Positions 52,367-64,000 of a stretch of 64,000 nucleotides of DNA are shown here, piece after piece. How positions within the stretch are numbered: position 1 is the first letter of the stretch; every line of letters starts with the position of its first letter. The notes below the pieces were generated by a model. That model was given only the letters and a program-made list of their open reading frames with translations. It made no database searches and was not told the DNA's origin. Position numbers and translations under genes: made by a program. The DNA is from Massalongia carnosa (Eukaryota), in the NCBI GenBank assembly GCA_965645245.1, contig OZ287084.1, positions 372,001-436,000 on the forward strand. Direction: 5' to 3'.

Positions 52367-53888
52367 GTACGATGTATAGAGGTATGCTAGTGGGAGGTTG
52401 AAAATCGTAAGGAAAGTGAAGAGCGTCAACTTCTATTATATCATGGAAGGGGTTATGAATAGCAACTAGGTAAGGAAAGGTTCGAAAGCGCAGTGGTCAG
52501 TCCAAGGAGCGTTCGCAACTACCTGCAATAGGCGTTGGAGGTGTGGCAAATAGGTGTTCCTGTTATAGTGTTGTTTCACAACAAATCAAAACCACGTTCT
52601 TTGAACGTTATCAGGATATTGCGATTCTGTTAACTTGCGTTCTTAGGCGGGTGAGATGTGGGGGGAAATGAGTAATCCATTACTCCTAAACCCAGTTTTG
52701 TTACATAATGTTTGCACCTATATCTACCTACACAGGTATGCTTTAAAAAATATTTCTAATGAGTACCTACCTATCTATAATAAATAGAACATAAGCCCAC
52801 GGCCGAGGTAATATCACGGAGCCTACAGGGTATGGGCTTAGAGTATGAATAGTCATAAAAGGGGTTTTGGCGTTCGACCTCCTCGTACTATACAAAGTAC
52901 ATCTACCTGTATGTGGAACGCTAAAACTGGAAACCCCCATATTCACGATTGTGCGAACACATGTGCTAAACTCCCTATCTTCATCCCAAGTAGGTACAGG
53001 TACCCCTTAATCCAGGAATGAGTAACCGGAGCCTCGGAAGAACCCAAAATAAGTAGCCAAACAAAAACCGAGGCAAAAGCGCATCGTTATGCTTGCAAGA
53101 GGACCAACTTGAACCCCCCGTTCTCTTAAGGACTTCCGTTATTGTTACATATAAGCTGCGGTGGGTGCGTAGACTGAAACGTGCTTCGGCGTGACGTTCC
53201 CTTTGCTGTTTGATCCATCGTATTATATGTAAGTTGCCCGATTATTTGGAATCGCTATTCATAAGCATGTATACCCATCCGAGTGGATTGATAACCCGAT
53301 GTGTGAGCTTCCAATGGGCCGCAACGGCTTGCAGCATTCAGAGCAGATGTTAAGATAGCATGGATCTCTGACCAAGTCAGTCTCATTGAATTTGATGTCG
53401 GGGCTTTGTTATGGAATATCCCTATTCGGGAGGAAGGAGGATCCTCGTTTGATAGAGTCAGATCGTTCAACCAATTGGCAACACCCTAGGTATACCCGTG
53501 GAGAAAATTCTCAACGGACTAGAACATATCCCTATTCTCCGCCAACACATCTATCGGTATTTGCTGCGATTAGGAAAGCCCGAACATCAAGCGCTGCACT
53601 CGTGTTTTTTTCGGCACCTTCGGAGGATTTGCTGCATGATCAAACCACACGTGAACTCCCACCACGTAAGCAGACATATCAGACCGTATCCATTCGTTGC
53701 TGCCTAGTGAATGGTTGAGATTGATTGGGGTCATGAAATCAAATGGGTTTTAGAGCACAATCAAGAACTGTAGATGCTGCATCCAGGGATGACCATCGAC
53801 TACATATGCTCGTCGCTTGCGCCAGCTCCTCTTCGTGTTGTCGTCATCCCTGAACTGATCACCTGATTCTGATCTAGCACGGCACATT

Positions 53889-56512
53889 ATGGACTCGTCG
53901 GTTGAAGTTGATCTTCCATCTCGGTCTCCTAAACCTCCTTTTCTTGCTCAGGATTCAATTGACGACGAAGAGCAAATCGTTGGAAATCTCACGCTGAACA
54001 CCACTTTGAACGGGAAGTCTAAATCCCGCAAGGCTAATTCGCCTAACGGGGATGTGAACCTGCACAACAACCTGAGTGCGACATCGCACGAGTCTTATGA
54101 TGAGGAGGACTACGGTCTACTCGAATTGGATCCTAGAACAGTGATACGAGGAGGTCGAAGAGGTGTTTTAAAGGACGAGCCAACCTTAGATATCCCACAA
54201 AGCATCACCTTGAATACGCAGTATGAGGGTATCTTGGAATCAGATTCCTCTCATCAGTCCTCAGCTGAAGGATCGTCATCGGATCATGGTCATCGTGAAA
54301 GACGACAAAGTTTCTCGATCAGGCTGAAGAAAAGCCGTGAAAATGGTAGATATACGTTGAAAGCCGATGACCCCGAACTACGAGAGATTCTGCGCAAGGG
54401 GCTGGAGAGAGAGGCCGAAGAAAAAGGCGTAAAAAGAAGAGCCATGTTTGGTGATCTAGTGTTCACGCGACAGTTCACAGCTTTCGATCGACAGAATACC
54501 GAGAGCTCTCCGTTTCGAGGTTTCTATACTCTGTTTTGGCTTGGGACTTTCCTCATGCTGGTCAAGATTGCTGCAAGCAACTGGAAAGTCCACGGCAATA
54601 TATTTGGTAGGAATGAGATACTCTCAATGATGTTTCATCGGGACGTGATCGTATTGGGACTTACAGACGGCTTTATGTGTGCGAGCACTGTATTTTGTTT
54701 GCTGTTGCAAAGAACTATATTGGCAGGGTATCTGAGTTGGAACAGACATGGCTGGATCATCCAAAATGTGGGTTACATATTTCATTAAACTGTTCTGCGA
54801 ATAGGCCGAGAATGTATCCTCATTCAATACAGTTTCTTGTCGGTCCTTGATTTACTTCTTCATTTTGCTTTTGCATCCACAAAATTTGGGCAAGACTAGG
54901 ACAATTAGCTTACGCACGGATATCTTCAAACTGACAAAGGATGTGGCTGATCGGTGGCTTAGATCTGGCAAAGTTTATACTTGGCCGCAACGATAAGTTG
55001 GACGATTCACCGTGACTGGCCATGGACTCATACCTTGTTTCTCGTTCTGCACTGTCTGGCTATGCTCATGAAGCAGCATAGTTATGCCTTTTATAACGGC
55101 CATTGTAAGCTTCATTCCTCTCAAAGCTATACAAAATGCAATGCGGAAGCAGGCGTTGATCGGGTGCACTCATAGTATCCGAGACTCTTCGGCAAAAAAA
55201 CTCACTGGAGAAAAAGCTTCAGCAGCTGAAAGATTTTGACCCAGCCACCAGCCCGACGACCCCATCTTCCCCAACTGCTTTTGCTACGTCTTATTTAGAT
55301 CAAAATGACATGAATAGCATCCACCGCCGCCGAACTTCGATGCATTCTAAAAGCAGCCCTCTTCGGGAGGACTCAGACCTTGCCAACGTTGCCGCGGCCA
55401 TCGAATCAGAAGCACCTCTTGATTTCGACCAAATATGCTGCTTCGAGCGAATCATCAAAGAGGAAATCGATGGTCTCAACGAAGAACTTCGAGGGAAATG
55501 TTCCGTCAGCAACAACTTCTACCCTTTGAACCTAAACATCCGCGATTTTGCAGGGTATATTCCCCTGCCAACTTTAGTATATGAGTTAGAATATCCTCGT
55601 CAGGAGAGCATCAACTGGTCGTACGTAGTCGAGAAGACAACTGCCACGTTCGGAGTACTCGGGGTCATGAACATTATAAGTCAGGCGTACATTTATCCTG
55701 TTGTCATTGCATGTCTTGAGATGAAAGATCAAGGAATCCCCCTTCCACAGCGCCTGCAAGAATTTCCTTGGGTCCTCAGCGATCTTATTTTTCCGATTAT
55801 GATGGAGTATCTCCTCGCTTGGTACGTGATTTGGGAATGTATAGTAAGTTCCCCTTTCCCCTAGCCGTTCCGGAGCACGTCCTTCTACCTTCTCGGCCAA
55901 CTTATCCATTCTCATCTTTCCAACTTATATCTCCTAAACATTTTATTCTTACTCATCATGTAACCCCACAAATTCAGCTCAACGTCCTCGCCGAACTCAC
56001 CCTCTTCGCCGACCGGGGCTTCTACGCCGACTGGTGGAACAGCACCTCCTGGGACAAATTCGCCCGCGACTGGAACCGGCCCGTGCACGCCTTCCTCCTC
56101 CGCCACGTCTACCACTCCTCCATCTCGGCGCTACGCCTGTCGCGCCCGTCGGCCACGCTGGCCACGTTCCTGCTCAGCGCCTGCGTGCATGAGCTGGTGA
56201 TGTGGTGCATCTTCAAGAAGCTCAGGGGTTACTTGATGATGATGCAGATGATGCAGTTGCCGCTTGTGGGCCTCAGCAGGTTGAAATGGATGAAGGGGCG
56301 GGACGTATTGGGGAACCTGGTCTTCTGGGTGGGGATTTTTACAGGGTGAGTTTTCACTGGAGCTTTCATTTTCTCCCTGCAAAAAATGGGGAGGTTTTTT
56401 TTTGGAGGGATTTTATTTCTTCTTTTCTTCGAGGGCGTTGCGCTGCTGAAGAAATCCAGCTAACCATGTTCCCAGCCCGAGCTTCCTCTGTAGTTTATAC
56501 CTCATCATCTAA
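53889..56512 (+). CDS. ARE2: Sterol O-acyltransferase (MBOAT, Are1/Are2-like)
   Basis: FTRQFTAFDR, LMKQHSYAFYNG, PTLVYELEYPR, FYADWWNS, WNRPVHAFLLRHVY and SACVHE; ends GPSFLCSLYLII*. Confidence 0.88.
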
Positions 56513-57196
56513 CCGGCCGACCGACCATCAATCCATCCTCATTCCCCTCCCCCCCCCCCCCCCCCCCCACACGGCGGTTGTCATCAGGAGAGAAAGCATG
56601 GGCTGAAGGGGGGGGGAGGTTCATACATATAATACGATACATAGGTTTAGTAATTTAAAAATAATCGAACTAGACGTTTGCTCTTCGATTTCTGGTATAC
56701 CCTCCTCCGTTTCACGCCTACCGCTTTGGACGTACTCCTGTGAAAAGCGGGAAGAGACGCATGAACGAACGGATGTCCTAAACGACCCGACCCAGTACTT
56801 TACCGCTGCCCACCACCTTCGCGTTTTCTTAGCTTCCTCTTGTCTATTCCTCCCTCCTTCCCTTCCCCTCGCCACTCCTCCCATCCCTCCCAGCCTGAAT
56901 AGACAAACACCCTACGCATCCCCCCTTCCCACCCCTTCTCTCTCATCCACTCATCCACTTCCTTCGTTCGTTCTATGGGGTACTATTCTTATAGAGGGGG
57001 CTTCTATTCTTCTGTTTCTTTGGGAGTAGGAAAGTTTTGCTCAAGGGAAGGGAAGGGGGGGACAGGGGGCACACACAGTTTCTACCACCGGATACTCATA
57101 CTCAATTACCGTGTTATTTACAGAGAAACATGTCCAGCGGGATATGTAAATCCTTATTAAAATAGTACCTAAACAGTCTTTGGAAAAAATGTGCGT

Positions 57197-57887
57197 TTAT
57201 ACATCTTCCATAAGGACATCGACGTCCGAAGTATCGTGCATCGCTGCATCATCGACAGCGACGGGAACAGCACGGTTGGGAGCATTAGCATTCCCAGCCT
57301 CCATGCCAGTGGGAGGAAGGTATGTTGCCGTGGCATCACCCATAAAAGAGGGAATAGCAGTTACGGGGGTATTCACAATCTGCGTCTTAGTCGCGGTCGT
57401 GTCCGTAGTCATCGTCCTTGTCCCATCCGTAGGCCTAGTCCCATTCCCAAGCTCAGCCGTAATCTCGCTTCCTCTTGTAGTTTTAGGCACCAACTCCTCC
57501 CAACTTCTCGGCGTAGGTATAGAGAGGCCTCCCCCATCCCGTCCTATAGCATTATTTCCCCTCGAATCCCCTGGCATTCCCGTAGTGCTACCGCTGGGTC
57601 TATAATCGCGGAACAGACCGCCAGCATCGAACCTATTTGCTCGGGGCCTTCCTCGGGGTCTGCGGCTAGGGTTCCCGCGTGAGAAGAGACTGGGTTGAGG
57701 GGGAAGTAATGAAAATGTGCTAGGGTTCCCGCGTGAGAAGAGACTGGGTTGAGGGGGAAGTAATGAAAATTTTGGATTTGGGGGATCACGGTCACTTTCA
57801 GGATCAGTTTCTTCGTCGGTGGATTCTTCATCGTCATCCTCGTCCTCGTGAGCATCTTCATCTTCATCAGCTTCATCATCATCATCC

Positions 57888-57921
<34 letters not shown>

Positions 57922-58858
57922 TATCGTCCTCGTCATTCTCATCGTGATCGGCATCAATGCTTTCGCCTCCTGCTACACCTACAGCATCCTCCTCTTCCTC
58001 TTCCAACTCCCGTTCGATGCGCTGCCGTGCGCGCCATCCTGTGCCCGTATACGTCTTCTTGGCGTAGACCGTTACCTCGTCGCGCTCGCCTTTTGCAGCT
58101 TTCGCGGCCATAAGACGCTCCAAGAATTGGGCCTGATTCCGGCGTGCGAGAGTGGCATGCTTTTCGAGAGGGATTTTGGGAGTTGGGAGGGAGTGTATCG
58201 GCGCAGCCGGTGGGGTTGTTGATCCTTGTATAGTGTCCTTGTTGCCAACAGGGATGGAGGACTCGACGACAGATAGCTGCTGTGGTTGGAAAATTGGATC
58301 TTGGGGAGGTTTGTGGCTGGGAAAAACGCGGACGGGACGCGCAGAGAGTTTAATGCGTGTTGCCGCAAGGATTGGAGGGTGTGGAGACGACGGGGAAGAG
58401 GTAAGCAGGAGGTCGGTGCCGAGGGATGTAGACCAAGTGCAACTGTAGAAGCGGTTGCGGTAGGATATGAGGGGGTTTGAGCCGTGGAGGTCGAGGATTT
58501 GGATGGCTTCTGTAGGGGAAGGAGCGGGATTTTGGGTCGCATGAGAATGTGGCGAGTGATCGTTGGATGATGTGGAGGCAACGGAAGGGGAGGCCCTTGT
58601 AACGGTTGTGGCAGTGGGATTAGGCACCGTAAGTCTTTGTTGTGCTCGTGCAACGACGGAATGGGACGAAAGATCTAAGTTCACATAAAAAGTCTGGAAG
58701 GGATTATATTAGATGGCGTTAAGATGTAGGGTTTGAGGAGGATTCATGCAGACATCTGTCTCCGTCTCATGATACTCATATTCCCACTCTGAATCGTCGT
58801 CCTCAATAGGGATTCTGACATTGTTTTGATTATTAGGTATCTGTGACGGCTCTGCCAT
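57197..58858 (-). CDS. TFIIIC subunit-6 (Tfc7/GTF3C6-like) domain protein with an acidic tract and an AT-hook-like motif
   Basis: Exon 1 MAEPS...EWEYEYHETETD, intron 58694-58753, then TFYVNLDLS; domain IQILDLHGSNPLISYRNRFYSCTWSTSLGTDLLL; RRPRGRPR. Confidence 0.75.
57665..57770. repeat. 54-bp-period tandem duplication inside the CDS
   Basis: Identical 52-bp units at 57665-57716 and 57719-57770. Confidence 0.9.
57829..57940. repeat. (TCA/TCG/TCC)n trinucleotide microsatellite encoding poly-Asp/Glu
   Basis: Run of tcatcatca... corresponding to DDDDDDDDD in the minus-strand ORF. Confidence 0.85.
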
Positions 58859-59616
58859 AACAGCTGTCCCAGGGATTTGGACTCCCAAAATGGGTTTGAT
58901 GGGTCAAGGAGGAAATTCTTCAGGAGCCTGAGCAGACTGGCCTTGTCTTTGAAATGGAATGATCATCTTCTTGATTCGGTGTAAGAACTCGGGCATGTCA
59001 GTTTGTCAAGAGTTTTGTCTTTTCCGTCCAAACTTTAGAATACTTCGTTAGTCTCGGGTGAAAGAAAGGTTGATGATGATCGTTTCCCCATTTTCAGCCC
59101 CGTAGGGCAGGTTCCGTAGTACGGAGTACAGAGCGTGAGAGCATAGCAGAGTACAGAGTACAGAGTAGGGATGGGGATACATGTGGCGCAGTCGTGTCAG
59201 CATTTGGGCCAGCAAAAGCTAAACAACAATAACAACAACAACTATCCTCACCCCTGCGTCCCTTCTATGATCTGGTGGCGACAATTAATTGCTTCTATTC
59301 GTTACTTTGTTTCACTCGTTCAGCAAAGGGTTCGTTAGGTGGGCGAGCAATTCATCAAGCTGGCGCTGCTTCATTATAGAGTACCACCATCTAACAACCT
59401 CCAAGACTAGTTGCCGAGCCTTTGTCTACCCACATATGCTACCCTTGCTACTGGGGCTGAAGAAGCAATGTGGATTCGGAATTGAAGGTTTTACAGCTAA
59501 TGCTCGATTCCCGCTTACTCACTCTTCCAAACGGAAAACAAAGCCACCTGCAACAGAAAACTCATCCTGGCTTGCGCAATTGCCTGCAATAGCAACTGGC
59601 TTGCTTAAGCGGATTG

Positions 59617-61245
59617 ATGTCAGACCGAAGGAGAAGCCTTCTTGTCATCATTCTCTTCGCTCTTGTTGGCTGCACCAATGCTTTTGGCTGGCGTTATCCT
59701 TTTGCCCTTTCGGAGCAGCCTTTGAGCGTTGTAGATCCAAATGGATCAGAGAAACCCTTTCGGTCATGGATAGGGAGTCAAGCATGTGGTTGGCTTACAT
59801 CATGTGTATTGGAGCGTCCACCGAGCCGGTCACTAGAAAATTTTAAATGGAATCCGGATACACACTCAGAGCTGCTAGCAGGAAACTCTCTTAATTCTGA
59901 GAATGAGGGAAGAGCAAGATCAGAGTCTGGGACAAGCCAATCGCAGGTTATTCACGAAATACCTCAATACGTATTAGACCACGCGCCACTAGTTCATTTG
60001 TATTCCGGGGAAAAATTCTGGCCATGTGACATGGTTGATCACCTATCCCATGTTACGCCGAACCTAAACTACACCCCAATTCAGGCCCGAACTCATACCT
60101 TGAATCTCACAAACCTCGACGAGCTAAATGAATGGAACAACGGGCGCTTTGTGTATCTCACGAGTGATGACAATGTTGAAGGCCGGCCCGACTGGCTTGG
60201 GGGTGAGAAGAATATTCCTGATCTACCAGAGGGTTTAAGTGGTCGACAGAGTGTTGATAGCGAAGGTAGAAACTGTCAAGATGGCGTAACGCTAAGCTCC
60301 GAGGCTCCTGAAGAATCCCAAGTGAGAGATTTAAAAAAACGGATACGGCGTCAGGTAAAGCTCGATCCTAAATTTTCACAGTATCCTCCTTCCAAGGCGA
60401 AAGCAGAGAAATACCTTAAAGATAAACCTGTTGATCCAGCTGAAGAGATTAGAATACGGCAATTAGCCGGTCGAAGTGACGCGCCAGCTGTGCTCATTGT
60501 AGTCAATAAAGGCCATGGAATAGTTGATGCGTTCTGGTTCTTCTTTTACAGTTATAATTTAGGTAATGTGGTTTTCAATGTCAGATTTGGTAACCATGTC
60601 GGCGACTGGGAACATACGCTCGTTCGATTCCAGCATGGAAAGCCAAAATACGTCTTCTTCAGCGAGCACAATTTTGGAGAGGCCTACGGTTATGGGGCGG
60701 TAGAGAAGATTGGAAAGCGAGTACGTATTCGTTCCTCTTTGCTCCTAGAATGCTCGCTGAATCGACCACTATTAAAGCCTGTGGTCTACTCAGCTACAGG
60801 CACGCACGCCATGTATGCCACCTCAGGAGTGCACCCATATATTTTACCTCTGGGTATCCTCCATGATCAGACTGATCGGGGACCTCTTTGGGATCCGGTC
60901 TTGAATTCGCACACCTACACGTATGACTATCTATCTGATGATTTGCGAGCGTCAAATATAACTCCACAAGCCCCTACGGAATGGTTCTATTTCGGGGGTC
61001 ATTGGGGAGACAAATTCTACCCCCTGAATGACCCTCGGCAATATCATTTTGCTGGCCAGTATCACTACGTTACCGGACCACTCGGACCGAGATTCAAGAA
61101 TCTTGGCCGCAGGAAGGTATGCCAGGGCAAATATAGCGATCCATGTGTTATCAAGAATTGGCTTGCGCCGGTGACAGCTAATTACCGGGAGGGAAATGGG
61201 GAGGGTGAATTTAAACTCAGCCCGGAAAATGACGAGGGAGTGTGA
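59617..61245 (+). CDS. VPS62: Vps62-family protein with an N-terminal signal/anchor; one 57-nt intron (60721-60777)
   Basis: IPQYVLDHAPLVHLYSGEKFWP, DAFWFFFYSYNLG, FGNHVGDWEH, YSATGTHAMYA and GPLGPRFKNL. Confidence 0.88.
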   Translation: MSDRRRSLLVIILFALVGCTNAFGWRYPFALSEQPLSVVDPNGSEKPFRSWIGSQACGWLTSCVLERPPSRSLENFKWNPDTHSELLAGNSLNSENEGRARSESGTSQSQVIHEIPQYVLDHAPLVHLYSGEKFWPCDMVDHLSHVTPNLNYTPIQARTHTLNLTNLDELNEWNNGRFVYLTSDDNVEGRPDWLGGEKNIPDLPEGLSGRQSVDSEGRNCQDGVTLSSEAPEESQVRDLKKRIRRQVKLDPKFSQYPPSKAKAEKYLKDKPVDPAEEIRIRQLAGRSDAPAVLIVVNKGHGIVDAFWFFFYSYNLGNVVFNVRFGNHVGDWEHTLVRFQHGKPKYVFFSEHNFGEAYGYGAVEKIGKRVRIRSSLLLECSLNRPLLKPVVYSATGTHAMYATSGVHPYILPLGILHDQTDRGPLWDPVLNSHTYTYDYLSDDLRASNITPQAPTEWFYFGGHWGDKFYPLNDPRQYHFAGQYHYVTGPLGPRFKNLGRRKVCQGKYSDPCVIKNWLAPVTANYREGNGEGEFKLSPENDEGV

Positions 61246-62899
61246 GAACTATTTAATATACCCTTTACCAGCGACTGGTGTTTTGGGTATACTCAAAGTA
61301 TGATCTACCATCGTTGAATTACAGGATATACTGATGTTTCTCTCGTTCTTCCCTTTGGATAAAAGTGATTAGTTGATGAGGGAGGGGCGTACCTCTTCTC
61401 CCATTGCAAAACTCTATCGTAAATCTCCATAACTCACTGTTTGTCTTCAAGGTAATTAGTATCATAAACACTACGATAGATACCTATGGATCCATCGAGT
61501 CAAGGCACATTACAGATTGAGTATCTCCGCATGGGCCTCGTGCTCACCGATATGGGCAAATGATTACACTACATATATATTCCTAAACGTATTGACGGTA
61601 TAGACTCATGTATGGCTCACTGGAACTGTCTTGTCGGGAGCTTTCGCTAAAGATGTATTTGACGTGGAGCTCAGAGACCGGGTGAGGCCATAAATAACTG
61701 TTTTCCCCGACTATGACGGGTCTCTAATGAGAGATGCAAGATTCCCGCTGCCTCTTTGAGCTATGATAGTGGCCTATTTGAAGCCATCTGCTCTTATCGA
61801 GCATCGAAATTCTTAATTTCAAGTTCTTCCAAAGGCTTAATCTTCGAAGACCTTTACGCCCGTTGTTCTTTCGTCAATGGCTTGATTATGCTGAGACGAT
61901 CTTAGGTACTTTATTGGCTATTGAATTTCTCATTCTCTCCACCTTCTACTTCTAGACTCTCTCATTCAATATCCTAGATACGAGTACTATGCTTGCAAGC
62001 GCATGTAGCCACAGCTGCAAGATGATTAGAGATCCGTTGAGGGTGGGCCGGTTGTGGTTGCACTTAAACCTTGAATCCACGAATGGAGCTGGTGCAATCA
62101 TTTATTTTCGCCCATCGAGCACCTATCATGCTCATTCAAAATTGGAGGACGGTTTACACTCCAGATATGAACGGTTTGAGTATATCACTCTAAACCTTGT
62201 AAGGTCTTCGCTCTTCGCTGGTTTCTTCGCCAGGTAGTAAAGGACATTGGAGACTCTACAATACTAGGTGGAGTCATCTTTGGCTAAGAGATGCAGACAC
62301 CTTTCTCTTATCTCCGTAATATTCTAATGTACTAATTTATATCGTTGTTAAAAGATTTTAGTTCTAAGTAAATTTGAAGTCTCTGTTACCTATGCTTCCG
62401 GTCACTTAGACAAAGCAACAGTCTTTGTGCCTTCCTTACGTATATTGCCTTTTTCTTCCTCTTTCACGGTATTCTTAGAATCCCGACTCCGTACTAGGTC
62501 TCATACCGACTAAAACTGTTCTTATATACCTACAAAATATCCTGTGTTACGCTCTCGGATACTCAACTTACAGCGGAGCATGTAAGCCCCTCGGCTCATC
62601 TACTAATAGCTTCTACGAACCGAGGACTGACCTGACTCAATACAGATGAAGAATAGTAAAGACCTTTAAGTCTATCCCTTGCTTCGAAGAGCCACTTCCT
62701 ATAGTTAAAGGAACCAACTTCCAAGACCTCGATATCGATATTGGTGATGCGAAATACCACCATCTAAATCGAAGAGCCGAGCCTGCTCGAGGGATTATTA
62801 CGATTCCACCAAGACGAAAAACACACGCAAGTCGTCGAATGGAGACGGTACTTACCCCTGAACACCAATGAATGCGAAGCGTGTCAACTTACTAAACCT

Positions 62900-64000
62900 T
62901 TAGATCAGGCAAAGCACATGCTCTAGCAAAGTTTGAAAACACAGACACAAATTCTAGAGCGCCCGGTTCGCTGGGATTTTGCTACTAGCCCATCCTTCGG
63001 AGCGGCTAAATTGGGAGTTTGCAACGAGGAAGCATCCATCCCTAAAGCCAGCGGTGTTGAGATATCTTCTTGAAATGGGTTTCTTTCATTTTGATTTAGA
63101 TTAGACCTTTTTTGAATAGTGAGTTATTGAATGTATTCCGATCGTCAGTTCTTAAGGGCTCGGAAGTACCACTTTGAGTTCCTTCAGATGCTCCATCCTT
63201 GGGCCAAACTTTCAATAACCTCTGTCAGCAAAAGTTGCAGTTCCTTAAGGAACTGTCGCATCTTGGTCAAAGTATCCTCGCACGTGGCAAGTTTCTGGAG
63301 CACCTTGGTCTTAGGATAATCAATTGGAATCAAAGGCGGGAGTGAGACTGTAACCTTTTATTCACCTAAGCACTAGAAATTGGCTGTCATTTCAATCTTT
63401 TGTTTCCAATTCCCACTACCGACGATTTCACTTTGTAAAGACGCAGTGTTCGACGCTGTGTAGGGTTTTCAATACATTGAGCTCCGCAATTGAAGCTGAA
63501 GACGCTTCGATTGGGAGGTTTGGAGTGCCTACACAAACATTTTGGACCACTTTCGATATCGAATCTATATGGGACCTTTATATACCGTATTGCCGGATGG
63601 CCCAGTGTATGTAAGAATTTTTGGTTCTGAACGAGTTTAACAACATTAACGGACCTTGGATATGACCTGTTAGATGCCTCCTCCTTCATAAACTTCCTAG
63701 AGACTCAAGATTTCTTGGAGATATTGACATTTTCACGACCCTAAGGACCTGTACTGTGCCAGCCACCTGAAGTCCTTTGGGGGCGTTCAGGAGCTAGGCA
63801 TAAAGTGTTTGGATGGTGCGCCACGGTTGGGCCCTGGTATCAGCTGGTACAAGATATCTTTCCGTTAGGCTCTTGGGCTTCAGAAGTAGCGTTTTGATCG
63901 CTATTGGAGTTTGGCTAAGCGTTACGAGCAAAGCTGATGTAGAAGCATCTGAGAGTTCCTGAGGATTCCTGGGAATATGTTCGACATCACAGCCAGTTAC
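62900..64000 (-). pseudogene. Probable decayed gene relic, family unknown
   Basis: Protein-like helical stretches (e.g. PKTKVLQKLATCEDTLTKMRQFLKELQLLLTEVIESLAQGW at about 63190-63320) bounded by in-frame stops; no long ORF. Confidence 0.35.

Noticed and set aside
53255..53718. ORFs upstream of the sterol acyltransferase as regulatory uORFs
   Set aside because: Mostly non-ATG starts, transcription start unknown, no conservation evidence available.
56549..56616. C20 and G9 homopolymers as a 3' UTR hairpin
   Set aside because: Simple homopolymer runs in low-complexity convergent-terminator DNA.
57544..58222. ORFs with poly-Met, poly-His and poly-Ile runs
   Set aside because: Alternative-frame translations of the (TCA)n microsatellite.
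1..64000. tRNA, rRNA, CRISPR arrays, prokaryotic systems
   Set aside because: None seen; the sequence is eukaryotic with spliceosomal introns and no repeat-spacer arrays.

Overview
Gene-dense, intron-rich region of a filamentous ascomycete (Pezizomycotina) chromosome, judged from short GT-AG introns with CTAAC/CTGAC branch points and fungal orthologues. It holds about 20 housekeeping genes: a DHX29/57-like helicase, GCN1, RPL19, a PRP2/DHX16-like helicase, RFT1, DBP3, UBP14, a dienelactone hydrolase, RFA1, a quinone oxidoreductase, SR protein Srp1, a mitochondrial carrier, RPL18, PRO2, CSN3, ISU1, a sterol O-acyltransferase, a TFIIIC-subunit-domain protein, VPS62 and an F-box-like gene. It also holds a decayed Tc1/mariner transposon, a related ~115-bp MITE and several gene relics. 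The most unusual signal is that ISU1 can only encode its conserved N-terminal motif through a 93-nt AT-AC intron with U2-type signals. Other highlights are a candidate poison 3' splice site in Srp1, paired Gcn4/CpcA sites in the GCN1 promoter, a shared ribosomal-protein/Ribi promoter motif, and recurrent TA-flanked short motifs resembling transposon excision footprints. Exon boundaries were read by eye, with no database searches.
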